Source: a virus
IMG/VR virus record: IMGVR_UViG_3300010413_000039
Location: 4,391 to 68,390 of that record
Length of the DNA stretch: 64,000 nt
Strand: one strand, 5' to 3'
Position numbers and translations under genes: made by a program. The first letter of the stretch is position 1; each line of letters opens with the position of its first letter. Below are positions 29,301 to 38,674 of this stretch, one piece after another. The notes under the pieces were generated by a model, which worked only from the letters and a program-made list of their open reading frames with translations, had not been told where the DNA came from and searched no databases.

Positions 29301-30587
29301 TTAGAAATAGACAGTACAAATCACTCACATACTGTTGAAAATATAACCATTACTCAGGATCATCAGCTAGTAGTACAAGATTCTGCTCACTCACACACAG
29401 CAGACAATATAGATTTAGTAAGCGGTCTATCGCTTGATATTGATAGTGCTGTTCATACACAAAGTGCCGATAACCTTGATCTTGTTCAGGATCACCAGCT
29501 TTCTGTAAACAGCAGTGACCACCAGCATACTGCGGATAACATAGACTTAACACAAAACCATGTGTTACAGGTACAATCAGCAACCCATAACCATACTGCA
29601 GATAATATTGTTATTACACAGTACCACGTATTAATAATAGACGGTTCTTCTCATAGTCATACTGCAGATAACATATCTCTTACACAAGCACACACACTAT
29701 CTATAAACGAAACTCTGCACGATCATTATTCAGAGAACATTACATTACTTGTAAGTGGTGCTCTAGAAATTGAAAGTACATCCCATGCTGTATCATCAGA
29801 TAATATTGATCTGGCACAGACACATGTATTGTCAATAAATGACAGCACTCACCAACATTATGCAGATGAATGTTTAGTAAGTCCAGATTTAGTTATATAC
29901 TCTATACATCACCCACACTATGCGGATAATATTGATCTTACTCAAACACACGTACTTTCAATAAATAGTGCGGATCATGCAACATACTCAGATAACATAT
30001 CCCTGAATATAAGTATACCGATTAATTCAGGACATCACGATCATTCAGCAGATAATATAACACTGACACAGCACCATGTTCTAAACATACATAGCGCACA
30101 ACATCAGCAGTCATCTGATAATATAAATCTATCTCAGGATCATGTTCTTGTAATAGACAGCAGTACACACAACCACATAGCGGATAATGTCAGCCTGGCA
30201 CAGGCACATTACCTTATTATTAATGATGGTCTTTCTTCTCAGACTGCAGACAATATTACATTCTCCGTACATTCATATCTTGATGTTGATAGTGGGCATC
30301 ACTCACTTGAATCAGATAACATAACACTAGCACAATCCCATGTGCTTGTAATAGACAGTACAACACATGCTCATTATGCAGATGAATTTTATATTACAAA
30401 ACTACTTCAACCGCATATAAACCTGTATGCAGAGATAAATACAACAGACACAAGAGATGTTGAACTTGTTATGTTGTTTGAAGAACAAGCTGAAATAAAT
30501 ACAACAGATACAAGGGAAGTAGAGTTAGTAACAAATGTATCTATATTTGCAGAAATAAATAGGGACGATCAATCAGAATGGCAATAA
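26355..30587 (+). CDS. His-rich 22-aa repeat fibre protein with central LamG/ConA-like domain
   Basis: Unit LVIQSADHSHTADNIDLTQDHQ repeated roughly 40 times; PIAYWILGE...WIHVGFTWD...LYVNG LamG-like domain. Confidence 0.8.
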   Translation: MAQYARPDSDIVTGGWGTAPLYQNVDEITYSDTDYIQGPTREDGTCELGLSTVTDPSSSSGHIVRVRAKKNSSSAVVNLTAYLYQGATQKASFSVSLSASYATTEYTLSSGEADSITDYSDLRIKLFNDWVSGVQSVSSVSWVEFEVPDSAGVELVIASATHSHTADNIALTQDHQLTIQSATHSQTADNVVLVQDHQIVIQSADHSHTADNLELTQHSTLTIQSADHSHTADNIDLTQDHQLVVQSADHSHIADNIILVQDHQLVVQESAHDHTSDNISLTQDHQLSINSADHSHSADNILLTQDHQLVIQSSDHSHTADNLDLAQDHQLVVQESTHSHTADNVELVPQTSVELIIQSAVHSQTSDNIDLAQKSTLVIGSGTHSHTADNISITQHHVLEISGQEYSNKVLGLSPIAYWILGEKSGSTAVDQVNPSQNGTYSNVSLNYDTGIDDQDGDKDHNVTPLFQIASNSRVNIQSSSLESAFDGNSGTMSLWVKTNWSTGSGNRTILIISYASNYYINIYRPTTANTLSVLRSAGTTYTLSKSGITSSDWIHVGFTWDYASGKSYLYVNGVLAQSKEDGIGNWTDTTMFSGYNNIGCFSLGTAHFEGQVSHVTVFDKALSEENIIALADIPPELVHTHTADNLDLTQDHQLDINSSDHSHTADSIELTQHHTLVVQQSAHSHSSDNIDLTQSQVLVVQSADHSHTADNVPIAQTHNLVVQQSNHGHTADNISLVQDHQLDVQSSDHGHTSDNIDLVQDHQLVIQSSSHSQTSENISLSQTHKLTVQSSEHQHTAGNIDLTQDHHLVINDSSHVHYAENVDISSGIELEISGSSHSHTADNISLVQDHQLVIQESSHAHTADNIYLGADLLVDGSAHAVTSDNISLTQAHTIVIQSSDHTHSADSIDLTQHHYLVIGSASHSHTADNIGLSQSHKLSINSGLHQHTADNIVLTQDHQLVINSSNHVHTADNVSISSGTLLEIDSTNHSHTVENITITQDHQLVVQDSAHSHTADNIDLVSGLSLDIDSAVHTQSADNLDLVQDHQLSVNSSDHQHTADNIDLTQNHVLQVQSATHNHTADNIVITQYHVLIIDGSSHSHTADNISLTQAHTLSINETLHDHYSENITLLVSGALEIESTSHAVSSDNIDLAQTHVLSINDSTHQHYADECLVSPDLVIYSIHHPHYADNIDLTQTHVLSINSADHATYSDNISLNISIPINSGHHDHSADNITLTQHHVLNIHSAQHQQSSDNINLSQDHVLVIDSSTHNHIADNVSLAQAHYLIINDGLSSQTADNITFSVHSYLDVDSGHHSLESDNITLAQSHVLVIDSTTHAHYADEFYITKLLQPHINLYAEINTTDTRDVELVMLFEEQAEINTTDTREVELVTNVSIFAEINRDDQSEWQ

Positions 30588-30614
30588 CGATTGTAGTAAC
30601 ATGCGAGGTAAATT

Positions 30615-30974
30615 ATGACAGATGTTAGAAGATTACATGTAAATGAAGTAGGGACTATTTTAAAAATACTAGTTCAGGAACGTGATGAAAATGATGTTCT
30701 CCAAATCGTAGACTTAGCATCTATGGTTCAGGCACACATTGCTTTCGTGAAAGGGGAGGGGGGTGAAATAATCTCACGTGCTCTTTGGCACTATACTGAT
30801 GGCACAGACGGTCTTCTTGTATATATTTTCCAAGAGGGTGATCTTGATACAGAGGGCAGGTGGGATTGGCAAATGTTTGTTCAGATGCCATCAGGAAAAT
30901 GGTACTCACGTAAATCCTATATATACGTTGATGATGTTTTTGAAACATATGATGATGAGGATATACCTAATTAG
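30615..30974 (+). CDS. BppU-N-like structural protein
   Basis: DGLLVYIFQEGDLDTEGRW motif. Confidence 0.55.
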   Translation: MTDVRRLHVNEVGTILKILVQERDENDVLQIVDLASMVQAHIAFVKGEGGEIISRALWHYTDGTDGLLVYIFQEGDLDTEGRWDWQMFVQMPSGKWYSRKSYIYVDDVFETYDDEDIPN

Positions 30975-30982
30975 GAGGTTGT

Positions 30983-31474
30983 ATGGGAATAAAGGAAGTT
31001 TTATCTGGAACACAGGGGGCTATACCAGTTTGGGAAAACCTCGATCTAATAGTAGATGGCAGTGAAGTTGCAACAACAGTATATACACAAAAGTCATATA
31101 CCTACATAGAAAGAATTATATGGTTATTATATTTTGAGTCATCAACCGTTGATTGGGAATTATTTGGCGGTGATACAGCACTGACAAGTGGTATAAATAT
31201 TGTATATAATGGCTCTATTCTGACACTAGATCATGCGATTAAAAGTAATGAGGATTTCCACGTATGGGGTTTTGATGTAACTATACAATCGGATGATAAG
31301 ACACCAAAGGGTAATGTTGTTTCTTCTAGGTGGACATTCTCTAAGTCTGTGCCAAATGGATTAAGCATGTGGGACGGTGAGACATTCGGTTTTCTTATTT
31401 CCGAGGATATAACAGCATTGACAAGCCTAGATGAGTTTCATGTTGCTGTTCAAGGGTGGTTGATACCAGAATAA
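30983..31474 (+). CDS. hypothetical protein
   Basis: AGGAGG SD; last gene of the + arm. Confidence 0.65.
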   Translation: MGIKEVLSGTQGAIPVWENLDLIVDGSEVATTVYTQKSYTYIERIIWLLYFESSTVDWELFGGDTALTSGINIVYNGSILTLDHAIKSNEDFHVWGFDVTIQSDDKTPKGNVVSSRWTFSKSVPNGLSMWDGETFGFLISEDITALTSLDEFHVAVQGWLIPE

Positions 31475-31503
31475 AAATACCCCACAGTTTCCTATGGGGT
31501 ATT
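31475..31503. terminator. probable bidirectional terminator between convergent arms
   Basis: AATACCCCA...TGGGGTATT inverted repeat. Confidence 0.65.
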
Positions 31504-31519
31504 ATAACACTATCTTATT

Positions 31520-32269
31520 TTACCATCCCAAGCAGGATAATAAATCTTTTGCCACATCACGAATAGTATTACCGTCTGTATCTGTTGGAACAAAGTCTGG
31601 AATCTTTGTAGATGAATAAGTGCCTGCCAACCATTCAAGTGTTTTTACAGACAGCATAGAATGCTCTGCAACCAAGCTAGAAAGACTTTGACCAGCAAGT
31701 GGGTGTGGTTCTGGAACAAATAAGACAGTCGCATCTTTCAAAAGATTAGAAAATTGATCAAACTGTTTCGGGTCTGTTGGGATATCAAGAGTATATTCAG
31801 CAGACGGTAGGAGTTCTTTAGGAAGAGTAAGTGGTTCGATTGGGGGTGATCCGTATTCCTGTTTTACAGAAACCCACCTTGGCTCATAGCTGTATAGGTA
31901 TCTACCTATTCCCCACTGTACACCTGCTCTTTTCATGGCATTTGAAATACCGCCTTTTACTGGTTCAAAGTTTGTGGGTTCAGCACCATCCCATTTAGTA
32001 ATCCACTCATCACCAATCCTGATAGAAATACCACACATGATACCATTGTTAACTGGCGAGATACTAAATTCGTTCTTCCAGTTTTCAGCACCACACACCT
32101 CATCGAGTCTTTCCATGATTGCTCTGTTATCCACATAAGGTACATACAGAACCATTGTAGGAAACTTAGCATTAGAATCTTTTCTCTGCAGGGATTTCAG
32201 ATTAGTTGATGTTGCTAACCAACCAATATCTTCAAGTGGAAACGGTCTTTTTAATTGTTCTAAGTTCAT
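31520..32269 (-). CDS. Rad52/Sak-family single-strand annealing protein
   Basis: YVDNRAIMERLDEVCG.ENW and KGGISNAMKRAGVQWGIGRYLY. Confidence 0.9.
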   Translation of the reverse strand: MNLEQLKRPFPLEDIGWLATSTNLKSLQRKDSNAKFPTMVLYVPYVDNRAIMERLDEVCGAENWKNEFSISPVNNGIMCGISIRIGDEWITKWDGAEPTNFEPVKGGISNAMKRAGVQWGIGRYLYSYEPRWVSVKQEYGSPPIEPLTLPKELLPSAEYTLDIPTDPKQFDQFSNLLKDATVLFVPEPHPLAGQSLSSLVAEHSMLSVKTLEWLAGTYSSTKIPDFVPTDTDGNTIRDVAKDLLSCLGW

Positions 32270-32295
32270 TTGTTTATCCTTTCGTATGATTTATT

Positions 32296-32324
32296 ATTAT
32301 ACCACATAACTTACTACAGGTCAA
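32296..32324 (-). promoter_or_regulatory. sigma70-type promoter
   Basis: TTGACC-17-TATAAT with TG extension. Confidence 0.7.
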
Positions 32325-33297
32325 GGTATACAACCTGCCTGTTTGAGATAGGTAATCTTGTAACCAAGTCTTGTAAAATCTCTACTGGAATTTCTGGTGA
32401 ATCTAATAATAGATTCACAGTCTCTATGCTCTCTGTAAACTTTTCCCCTGTGTCTGCAACGGATGTACGTGCTAGGCTGATCTCTATATAACCTCCCTCC
32501 TGTATCCATCTATAATGAATTTCTGGTTTTGTCAGGATATCATGTTTTACAAATCTCATAGCATCTTTAGCGGTATCTTGATTAGTAACCTCATCAAGTA
32601 ACTGCCTGATGTATGGTTTCATGGTTTCTACTAGGTTTCCATTACTTCTACTTGGATCAAGTTTAGCCTTTTCGATTAGTGGCATGATTGTGTCCACATT
32701 ATTTGGGTCAAGCTGATTGACTATACTAAGTGCTATGTCTGGATTAATACCTACCAGTTTTCTTCTCGTATCGGTGTCCCACTCAAGAACATTCTTTAAA
32801 GTCTCTCTGAATGCGTGTGCATATTTGTTAAGATACTCATACGATTCCTCTAAAGATATCCCTACCTGCATAGCACGATCTATGGCCGCCATGTTTCTAA
32901 AGATAATATCACGTGATACATGGGCATCGTGAGAAAACCAGTCAACAAACTCAGTCATATTCCTGAAAGGTCTTTCTTCATACGGGTGATTGAAGTATTG
33001 AAAGATTGGTATGCCTTCCACTTTTTCATTAACAAGCCTGTAGAATAGCATGATGCCACGATTACGAAACAGACGACTTAGATTTATGTCCCTGCTAACT
33101 CTTGTAAGGTCTTTCTCTATATCACCAGACAGTTCTGGTAACTCAACGGAAAATATCTCAGATAAGGAAGACAGTAACTTCATAATAGATGGGTCTTGTC
33201 CACTTATCCTAGACACATCAAGAAGTCCCATATCAAGCAACGTTCTGTTTACTTCCTCAACTGCTGTATCATGAAATACTACTGCTAAATCTTTCAT
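32314..33297 (-). CDS. hypothetical protein
   Basis: 327-aa ORF coupled to the upstream gene. Confidence 0.7.
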   Translation of the reverse strand: MKDLAVVFHDTAVEEVNRTLLDMGLLDVSRISGQDPSIMKLLSSLSEIFSVELPELSGDIEKDLTRVSRDINLSRLFRNRGIMLFYRLVNEKVEGIPIFQYFNHPYEERPFRNMTEFVDWFSHDAHVSRDIIFRNMAAIDRAMQVGISLEESYEYLNKYAHAFRETLKNVLEWDTDTRRKLVGINPDIALSIVNQLDPNNVDTIMPLIEKAKLDPSRSNGNLVETMKPYIRQLLDEVTNQDTAKDAMRFVKHDILTKPEIHYRWIQEGGYIEISLARTSVADTGEKFTESIETVNLLLDSPEIPVEILQDLVTRLPISNRQVVYLDL

Positions 33298-33842
33298 AGT
33301 GCAAATTTCTCCATGTATTTATCGAAAGGGAATTCCTCCCTGAATTTTTTCAGCGTGCCTTCTCTGAATCTAAGGAACGCCATCCTACCCCACCATGTTA
33401 CGGGACACATTTCTACAAATACATTACCGTCATCAGATAGAAACTGTATGCCTTTGTGATTATGTGAGCTATCCTCTGGACAGTACACCATTGTTTTTTT
33501 AGTAAGGTTTGACAAATCCCTTATCTCATTTTCTAGTCTACTCCCCTGTTTTTCCATTTCATCCACTCTCTTATGGTTAAAATAGTTTTCATCTTCAAGT
33601 ACAGATGTGTACCCCATAACCTTAATAATACGTGACATTTCTGATAAATTTTCACTTGTTTGTTTCATGTAATGAAGTACCTCTTGGTACTTATCATCTC
33701 TTCTATTCTGATCTTCTTTCTCATCTAGACGAAATATCTTTTTCATTCTCGCTAATTCACTGCCGAGGTCTGACATTTGTCTGTATAAAGACTTTATATC
33801 AGTCTGATTTATTTCAAATAATTCTTGTGGTGTTGTTGCCAT
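33294..33842 (-). CDS. hypothetical coiled-coil protein
   Basis: 182-aa ORF coupled to the helicase gene. Confidence 0.7.
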   Translation of the reverse strand: MATTPQELFEINQTDIKSLYRQMSDLGSELARMKKIFRLDEKEDQNRRDDKYQEVLHYMKQTSENLSEMSRIIKVMGYTSVLEDENYFNHKRVDEMEKQGSRLENEIRDLSNLTKKTMVYCPEDSSHNHKGIQFLSDDGNVFVEMCPVTWWGRMAFLRFREGTLKKFREEFPFDKYMEKFAL

Positions 33843-34906
33843 TAGAATAAATCCTTTTGCTCTAAATCATTTCGGTTTGCTATTGACATTGCTTGCTTGT
33901 CCCACTCCTTTGGCAGGTAAGCATCACCAAAGAATGCGCCCGATTCATCATCTATCTTTTGATACATAGCAAATCCACCAGATTTTCTACTCTCTTCCAG
34001 AGTGATCTTTACAAATCCACTGTTATCTTCGTACTTTGTGCTGAGGATAGAGTTAGCCTCTTGATGTCCTTTCTTTCCACCAGATGCTGTAAGCCCTATA
34101 CCTCCCTGATCTCTTTGAGACCACAGACTTACCTGAGATAATAGAAATACAACTGTCTTTGTTTCAGCAACAAATGAACCAACCTTACTAACAGCCTGTA
34201 ATTGTTTCTCATAATCTGTTGCTGTCTCACTAATATTGTACTGCTGTACGTGATCTATAACAAAGATATTGTAACCCTGCTCTGCTAGGTATCTCCATCT
34301 AATGTCACTGGTTTTCAGGTCTCGTGTAGTACCCTGTATATGACTAGCACCATATAGATTTAAATTCCAGCTATGCATTTCTTCCTTAGCCCGATCTATT
34401 GCTTTATATTGCTCTGGTGATCTGGAAACAAACTTAAGAAACTCTGGTGATAGTCTTAGTTCTTTACATTGTTCTGATCCACATACAGGGCATCTACCAT
34501 GTGATGGTGGTACGTGCCCTCTGTCTATTAATACCTGTGATGCTATGATAGAAAGAAGTGTGTCTCTATTTCGTTCTGGTGGACTTCCAGATTCAAGACT
34601 ATCCAGAACAACCTTTACACCAACATCTGGATTTTTATTCTTGAATATATTTCTTACTATATTGAGAATGAACGTAGTCTTTCTTTGTTTCTCAGGCCCT
34701 AATATCATATTCATTTCGCCTGATGCTGTGTCTATACCCCACAGTGCCTTATCAAGTGGTTTTACACCCCATTTGATAAGGTTCTTTAGGTTTGTTTCGG
34801 GGTCTCCCCAATCACTGTCTGTCTTTGCTAACAGACCCTGTATTGTAGGATCATAATCCTCAGACTGCCACCTTAACTCAGGTGCGCTTTCTTTTATTGG
34901 TGTCAT
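33842..34906 (-). CDS. DnaB/RecA-fold replicative helicase-like ATPase
   Basis: LDKALWG, Walker A variant GPEKQRKTT, VIDHVQ, LLSQV; CPVC..C insert. Confidence 0.75.
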   Translation of the reverse strand: MTPIKESAPELRWQSEDYDPTIQGLLAKTDSDWGDPETNLKNLIKWGVKPLDKALWGIDTASGEMNMILGPEKQRKTTFILNIVRNIFKNKNPDVGVKVVLDSLESGSPPERNRDTLLSIIASQVLIDRGHVPPSHGRCPVCGSEQCKELRLSPEFLKFVSRSPEQYKAIDRAKEEMHSWNLNLYGASHIQGTTRDLKTSDIRWRYLAEQGYNIFVIDHVQQYNISETATDYEKQLQAVSKVGSFVAETKTVVFLLSQVSLWSQRDQGGIGLTASGGKKGHQEANSILSTKYEDNSGFVKITLEESRKSGGFAMYQKIDDESGAFFGDAYLPKEWDKQAMSIANRNDLEQKDLF

Positions 34907-34936
34907 ATATTATCCTCTAAAAGGGGTTATCTATAT

Positions 34937-34965
34937 ATTATACCACAGACCTTTCACTTAGTCAA
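34937..34965 (-). promoter_or_regulatory. sigma70-type promoter
   Basis: TTGACT-17-TATAAT with TG extension. Confidence 0.7.
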
Positions 34966-35515
34966 GTTTCTTACAAAATACAAGTTTCTGTGTACCATCA
35001 GACCAAATTCTTTTACCTGACCAATTTTCTGTATGATCTGGATCAGGTATTCTTGTTGCGGTTCTGCCTCTGGTAGTACCTATCCACGCCCACCCTGCTC
35101 TGCGATAGAGTTCTCCATCACGTGGTGGTTCTACCAGAGTTTCAAAACCTAAAACAACATCATTATACTTGGTTTCCCAATCTACCCGTATTAAACGTTC
35201 CCACTCTTCTACTACCCGTGAAGTGAAGTTTCTCATGGGATATTTTCCTTGCACTTTTTCTACGTGATAGAAAATATTGTTTACAACGGAGTTTAATTGG
35301 GACTGATCTATCCCCAAAAACTCATTCCTGTTTGGTAAATGGAGTGTTGCAGAGCCACCAAGTATGTGACCGTAGTATGTGCCATCATATAAGATAGCAT
35401 ATGCTATCTTTCTACCTACAAACCAAGAACGTTTTCCCTGTGTAGTGTAGTGTTTGTTATCCATAAGATAAAGCAAACGTCTATCATTTGCTTTTGTCAT
35501 GACAAGATTTATCAT
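34958..35515 (-). CDS. Mom-like / DUF4338-like GNAT-fold protein
   Basis: HY near the N-terminus, GRKIAY, ETLVEPPRDGELYRRAGW.WIGTTRG; ATG at 35515 overlaps the upstream stop. Confidence 0.6.
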   Translation of the reverse strand: MINLVMTKANDRRLLYLMDNKHYTTQGKRSWFVGRKIAYAILYDGTYYGHILGGSATLHLPNRNEFLGIDQSQLNSVVNNIFYHVEKVQGKYPMRNFTSRVVEEWERLIRVDWETKYNDVVLGFETLVEPPRDGELYRRAGWAWIGTTRGRTATRIPDPDHTENWSGKRIWSDGTQKLVFCKKLD

Positions 35516-35709
35516 TCTAATGGAAGTCCTAATACTAACATTATAACAGGCAGTGATGCTATTCCACCACATATAATCATTAGGACAGTATAGATAAGCC
35601 ACTTTACAGCAGTCTCAAAACTGTCTTCAACACGACCTAGTTTATAAATCTCAGTTGATATTAAAGAAGACATATAAATAAATACGATACTGATTATCAT
35701 TATAAACAT
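35512..35709 (-). CDS. small membrane protein
   Basis: Two hydrophobic segments; coupled overlaps on both sides. Confidence 0.55.
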   Translation of the reverse strand: MFIMIISIVFIYMSSLISTEIYKLGRVEDSFETAVKWLIYTVLMIICGGIASLPVIMLVLGLPLE

Positions 35710-37577
35710 TATTTAGCATCTCCCCAAGACTTACCATAATTCGGATCAGCCTTTATTGGTACTGTTATATTGAAAACATCTTCAACACTTTCCATAAGCA
35801 CCTGCGCTTTATGTGCCATGTGTTCAACGGAATCTGTAGGTACTTCCCATATTAGCTCATCGTGCACCTGCCCAACAAGAGAAGAACCATAAACATCCCT
35901 TAATATTTTCTGTTCTTCTATCATAACATACCTCATAAGTGAGGCGGCTGTGCCCTGAATGACAGCGTTTGGTGCTTGTCTCTCGGCACGTGCTCTCTCT
36001 GAGTTTAGTTTTGATGTCAGATCGGGAAGTCTACGCTTGTGACCATCTATGGTTTTTACATAACCTAGCTTACGTCCCCACTGCAGTACCTTTCCTTTCC
36101 AAGTACCAGCACCAGGAAAAACTACCTCAAAGTCATTCAACCATTTACCAGCCTCACGCTCATTCGGTCTTTCAGCACCAGTCTTTTCTATCGCATCAGC
36201 AAGACCACGACCGCCTATACCATACACCCATCCAAAGTTTACACCTTTGGCATTTCTTCTACTAATACCTATCATGTCAGCAGTCATCTGGTGTGGATCA
36301 CCACCTTCCATAAAAGTCTTTACAAGATTAGGGTCTTTTGAATAATGTGCAAGCAGTCTAAGCTCAAGTTGTGAGTAGTCGCTGACAACTATTGAATACC
36401 CGTCCTTTGCTATAAACACATACCTTAATTCAGACCCCATTCCAAATCCTGGGATATTCTGCAAATTCGGATTAGATGATGTAAGTCTGCTTGTTACAGT
36501 ACCATATGTACTGTCCCTACCTGATGTGGAATTATAACTGGTATGTATCCTTCCATCGTGCTGTTTATCAAGCAGTGGTTCTATGTACGTACCTAGTATC
36601 TTTGTTGACTGTCTGTATGAGATAACGTCCATTAAAAATTTCGTGTTTTGGTCTGCTAGATTTGGTTCTCCGTCCTTATATTTCATCAAACGTCTGAGCG
36701 CAACGATGTCTGTTGCTGGTTGACCTTTATCTGTAAATTTTGTTGCTCTCATTCCTAGTGTACCGAACAGATAATCTGATAACTGGTCTGTGCTGTTGGG
36801 GTTTTCTATTCCATCTTTCTGTATTTTCTCATAATACTGGTCTCGTAAATCGGTATATTCAGCAACCATCTTTTCAAGTCTAGGAATATCAAGTTGAAAT
36901 CCTGTCTCTTCCATATCAAGAAGTACCCACATCATGGGCATTTCATTGTTCCAGAATAGATCAAGCATACCCTCTTCCTGCATTTCCCTGATACACACTG
37001 GTACTAGATCAAGAGTAATTCTTGTATCTCTGGCCGCATAGGGTGCTAACCTGTTCAGTGGTATCATGTCGATAGTCACTTTACCCTGTGTCATCTTATA
37101 TGCTTTAGCAGTATCCCTAACCAAATCTTTATAGGTAGGAAGATCATCATCTATTCCTGTCTTCCATGCCAAAGACTTAAGCGCAAGCCTCTGGTTCTCA
37201 TCAACCAGCATCTGAGCTATCAGGGTATCAAAAATTTTCTGTGGTCTGACACCCCACTTATTAAGAATATGCATATCGTATCGTGCATTATGCATAGCCA
37301 CTGTTTTATTGGGGCTATCTACCAGTTTCCTAAGATCAGGAAGTATTGCTTTTTCAGCACCTCCTGTTAGATACCAGTCCCTATCATCCACTGAAAAGGA
37401 TATACCATGTAAGTCTGCAACCATCCAGTCCAGTGATGTTGTTTCAGTATCTAAGGCAAATAGATCGTGTTTATCAAGCTCATTAAGAACATCCCCAACT
37501 TCATTCACGTCCTGAATAAGTTTGAAATTCTTTGTGTATAGAAAATCTTTAGGGTTATCAAATAACATCATTGTCAT
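35709..37577 (-). CDS. polA: DNA polymerase family A with 3'-5' exonuclease
   Basis: DTETT and HNARYD exonuclease motifs; DYSQLELR, RRNAKGVNFGWVYG, QVHDEL polymerase motifs; no 5'-3' exonuclease domain. Confidence 0.95.
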   Translation of the reverse strand: MTMMLFDNPKDFLYTKNFKLIQDVNEVGDVLNELDKHDLFALDTETTSLDWMVADLHGISFSVDDRDWYLTGGAEKAILPDLRKLVDSPNKTVAMHNARYDMHILNKWGVRPQKIFDTLIAQMLVDENQRLALKSLAWKTGIDDDLPTYKDLVRDTAKAYKMTQGKVTIDMIPLNRLAPYAARDTRITLDLVPVCIREMQEEGMLDLFWNNEMPMMWVLLDMEETGFQLDIPRLEKMVAEYTDLRDQYYEKIQKDGIENPNSTDQLSDYLFGTLGMRATKFTDKGQPATDIVALRRLMKYKDGEPNLADQNTKFLMDVISYRQSTKILGTYIEPLLDKQHDGRIHTSYNSTSGRDSTYGTVTSRLTSSNPNLQNIPGFGMGSELRYVFIAKDGYSIVVSDYSQLELRLLAHYSKDPNLVKTFMEGGDPHQMTADMIGISRRNAKGVNFGWVYGIGGRGLADAIEKTGAERPNEREAGKWLNDFEVVFPGAGTWKGKVLQWGRKLGYVKTIDGHKRRLPDLTSKLNSERARAERQAPNAVIQGTAASLMRYVMIEEQKILRDVYGSSLVGQVHDELIWEVPTDSVEHMAHKAQVLMESVEDVFNITVPIKADPNYGKSWGDAK

Positions 37578-38053
37578 AATTCACGCCATCCTATTCTGTC
37601 AAGTGTTGTATCTGCCTGTTGCTGTAATTCCTTTTCCTTTTCCAGTATGTCGGATGCTATGACCTTTGTACTGTACAGATCATTCAACGTGAAGATCAGG
37701 GTTGAATAATTTCTGTACTTCCACCTTGAATCAGTAAACAGTATTTCCAAAGATTTTATAGCAAGTTCTATATCACCATTGAAGATGTTAAATAATATTT
37801 CTTTAGCCTGTGCTGTCTCTCTTGCTATTTTGTGTTTGTTTATTCTCCAAGCACTCTGAGAAGTACCCTTAGTAAGCCATAGAGAATAAAGTTTTTCATA
37901 CTTACGGATGAATATATTAATTGGGTCTTCAACATCTTCTGAAAACCAGTCTCCATTGTGTATAATTATGCTTGTTCCACATGATGGGCATACCCCGCCC
38001 TTACGCCTTTTGCTGTGTTCAGTATTGCATTTAGGACATATCGGCATTATCAA
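37574..38053 (-). CDS. Zn-ribbon protein
   Basis: CPKC...CPSC at the N-terminus. Confidence 0.65.
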   Translation of the reverse strand: MIMPICPKCNTEHSKRRKGGVCPSCGTSIIIHNGDWFSEDVEDPINIFIRKYEKLYSLWLTKGTSQSAWRINKHKIARETAQAKEILFNIFNGDIELAIKSLEILFTDSRWKYRNYSTLIFTLNDLYSTKVIASDILEKEKELQQQADTTLDRIGWREL

Positions 38054-38309
38054 GTCCTTTCTTTTTCATGATCATTTTTCTGACATTATCAAACGTAGGA
38101 TCATTAAGAACTAACTGCCTCCCATATGTATTAAATTCTACCATAAATTCACCGAGACATTCTCTGAGAAGTGTGGTTTTATCTATGTTGTTATGTCCAG
38201 CAAACTCAGTTAACCACTCATCAACATCCTGTGTAACTGTAAATCTAAGCATTACGTCTTTTCTTTTACCTGCAGGTAATGGTTTTCTACCTCTCTTCAT
38301 GGTTATCAC
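38031..38309 (-). CDS. ribbon-helix-helix DNA-binding protein
   Basis: RGRKPLP...MLRFTVT...LTEFA...KTTLLRECL. Confidence 0.65.
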   Translation of the reverse strand: MITMKRGRKPLPAGKRKDVMLRFTVTQDVDEWLTEFAGHNNIDKTTLLRECLGEFMVEFNTYGRQLVLNDPTFDNVRKMIMKKKGLDNADMS

Positions 38310-38481
38310 TCCTACTATCCAGTATAATCACGTCATCCGAATTTTCTATAGACCTTCCATAAATTAGATATGGTTTATCTTGATCATAGTAATATTCACG
38401 CCCGTTATATTTAAATACGAAAACTACTTTCCTACCAAATATCCTTGATGGTATTGTTGGGCTGATAAAATTAGGCATCAT
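38287..38481 (-). CDS. hypothetical protein
   Basis: Overlapping operon member. Confidence 0.5.
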   Translation of the reverse strand: MMPNFISPTIPSRIFGRKVVFVFKYNGREYYYDQDKPYLIYGRSIENSDDVIILDSRSDNHEER

Positions 38482-38674
38482 TCTCTAACTCCTTATCGAA
38501 AGGAAGTACCATGAGAATACAGTCCCCAACTATTTCTTGTAGTTTAGAATCTTCTATCACGGATAATCCATATGGAAGTCTATCTAATTTTTCATTAGCA
38601 CTTTTCTCGTCCTTGAATAGCTGATACCACACACCAACTATATCAAAAGGTAATTCTATAATCAGTCTGTACAT
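38471..38674 (-). CDS. hypothetical protein
   Basis: Overlapping operon member. Confidence 0.5.
   Translation of the reverse strand: MYRLIIELPFDIVGVWYQLFKDEKSANEKLDRLPYGLSVIEDSKLQEIVGDCILMVLPFDKELENDA

Noticed and set aside
26800-30400. ~66-bp periodic DNA repeats as a CRISPR array or DGR template/variable pair
   Set aside because: In-frame protein repeats with synonymous divergence; no reverse transcriptase in the window
35709-37577. Intein or intron in the DNA polymerase
   Set aside because: Motifs are contiguous and 622 aa is normal for an exonuclease-plus-polymerase PolA
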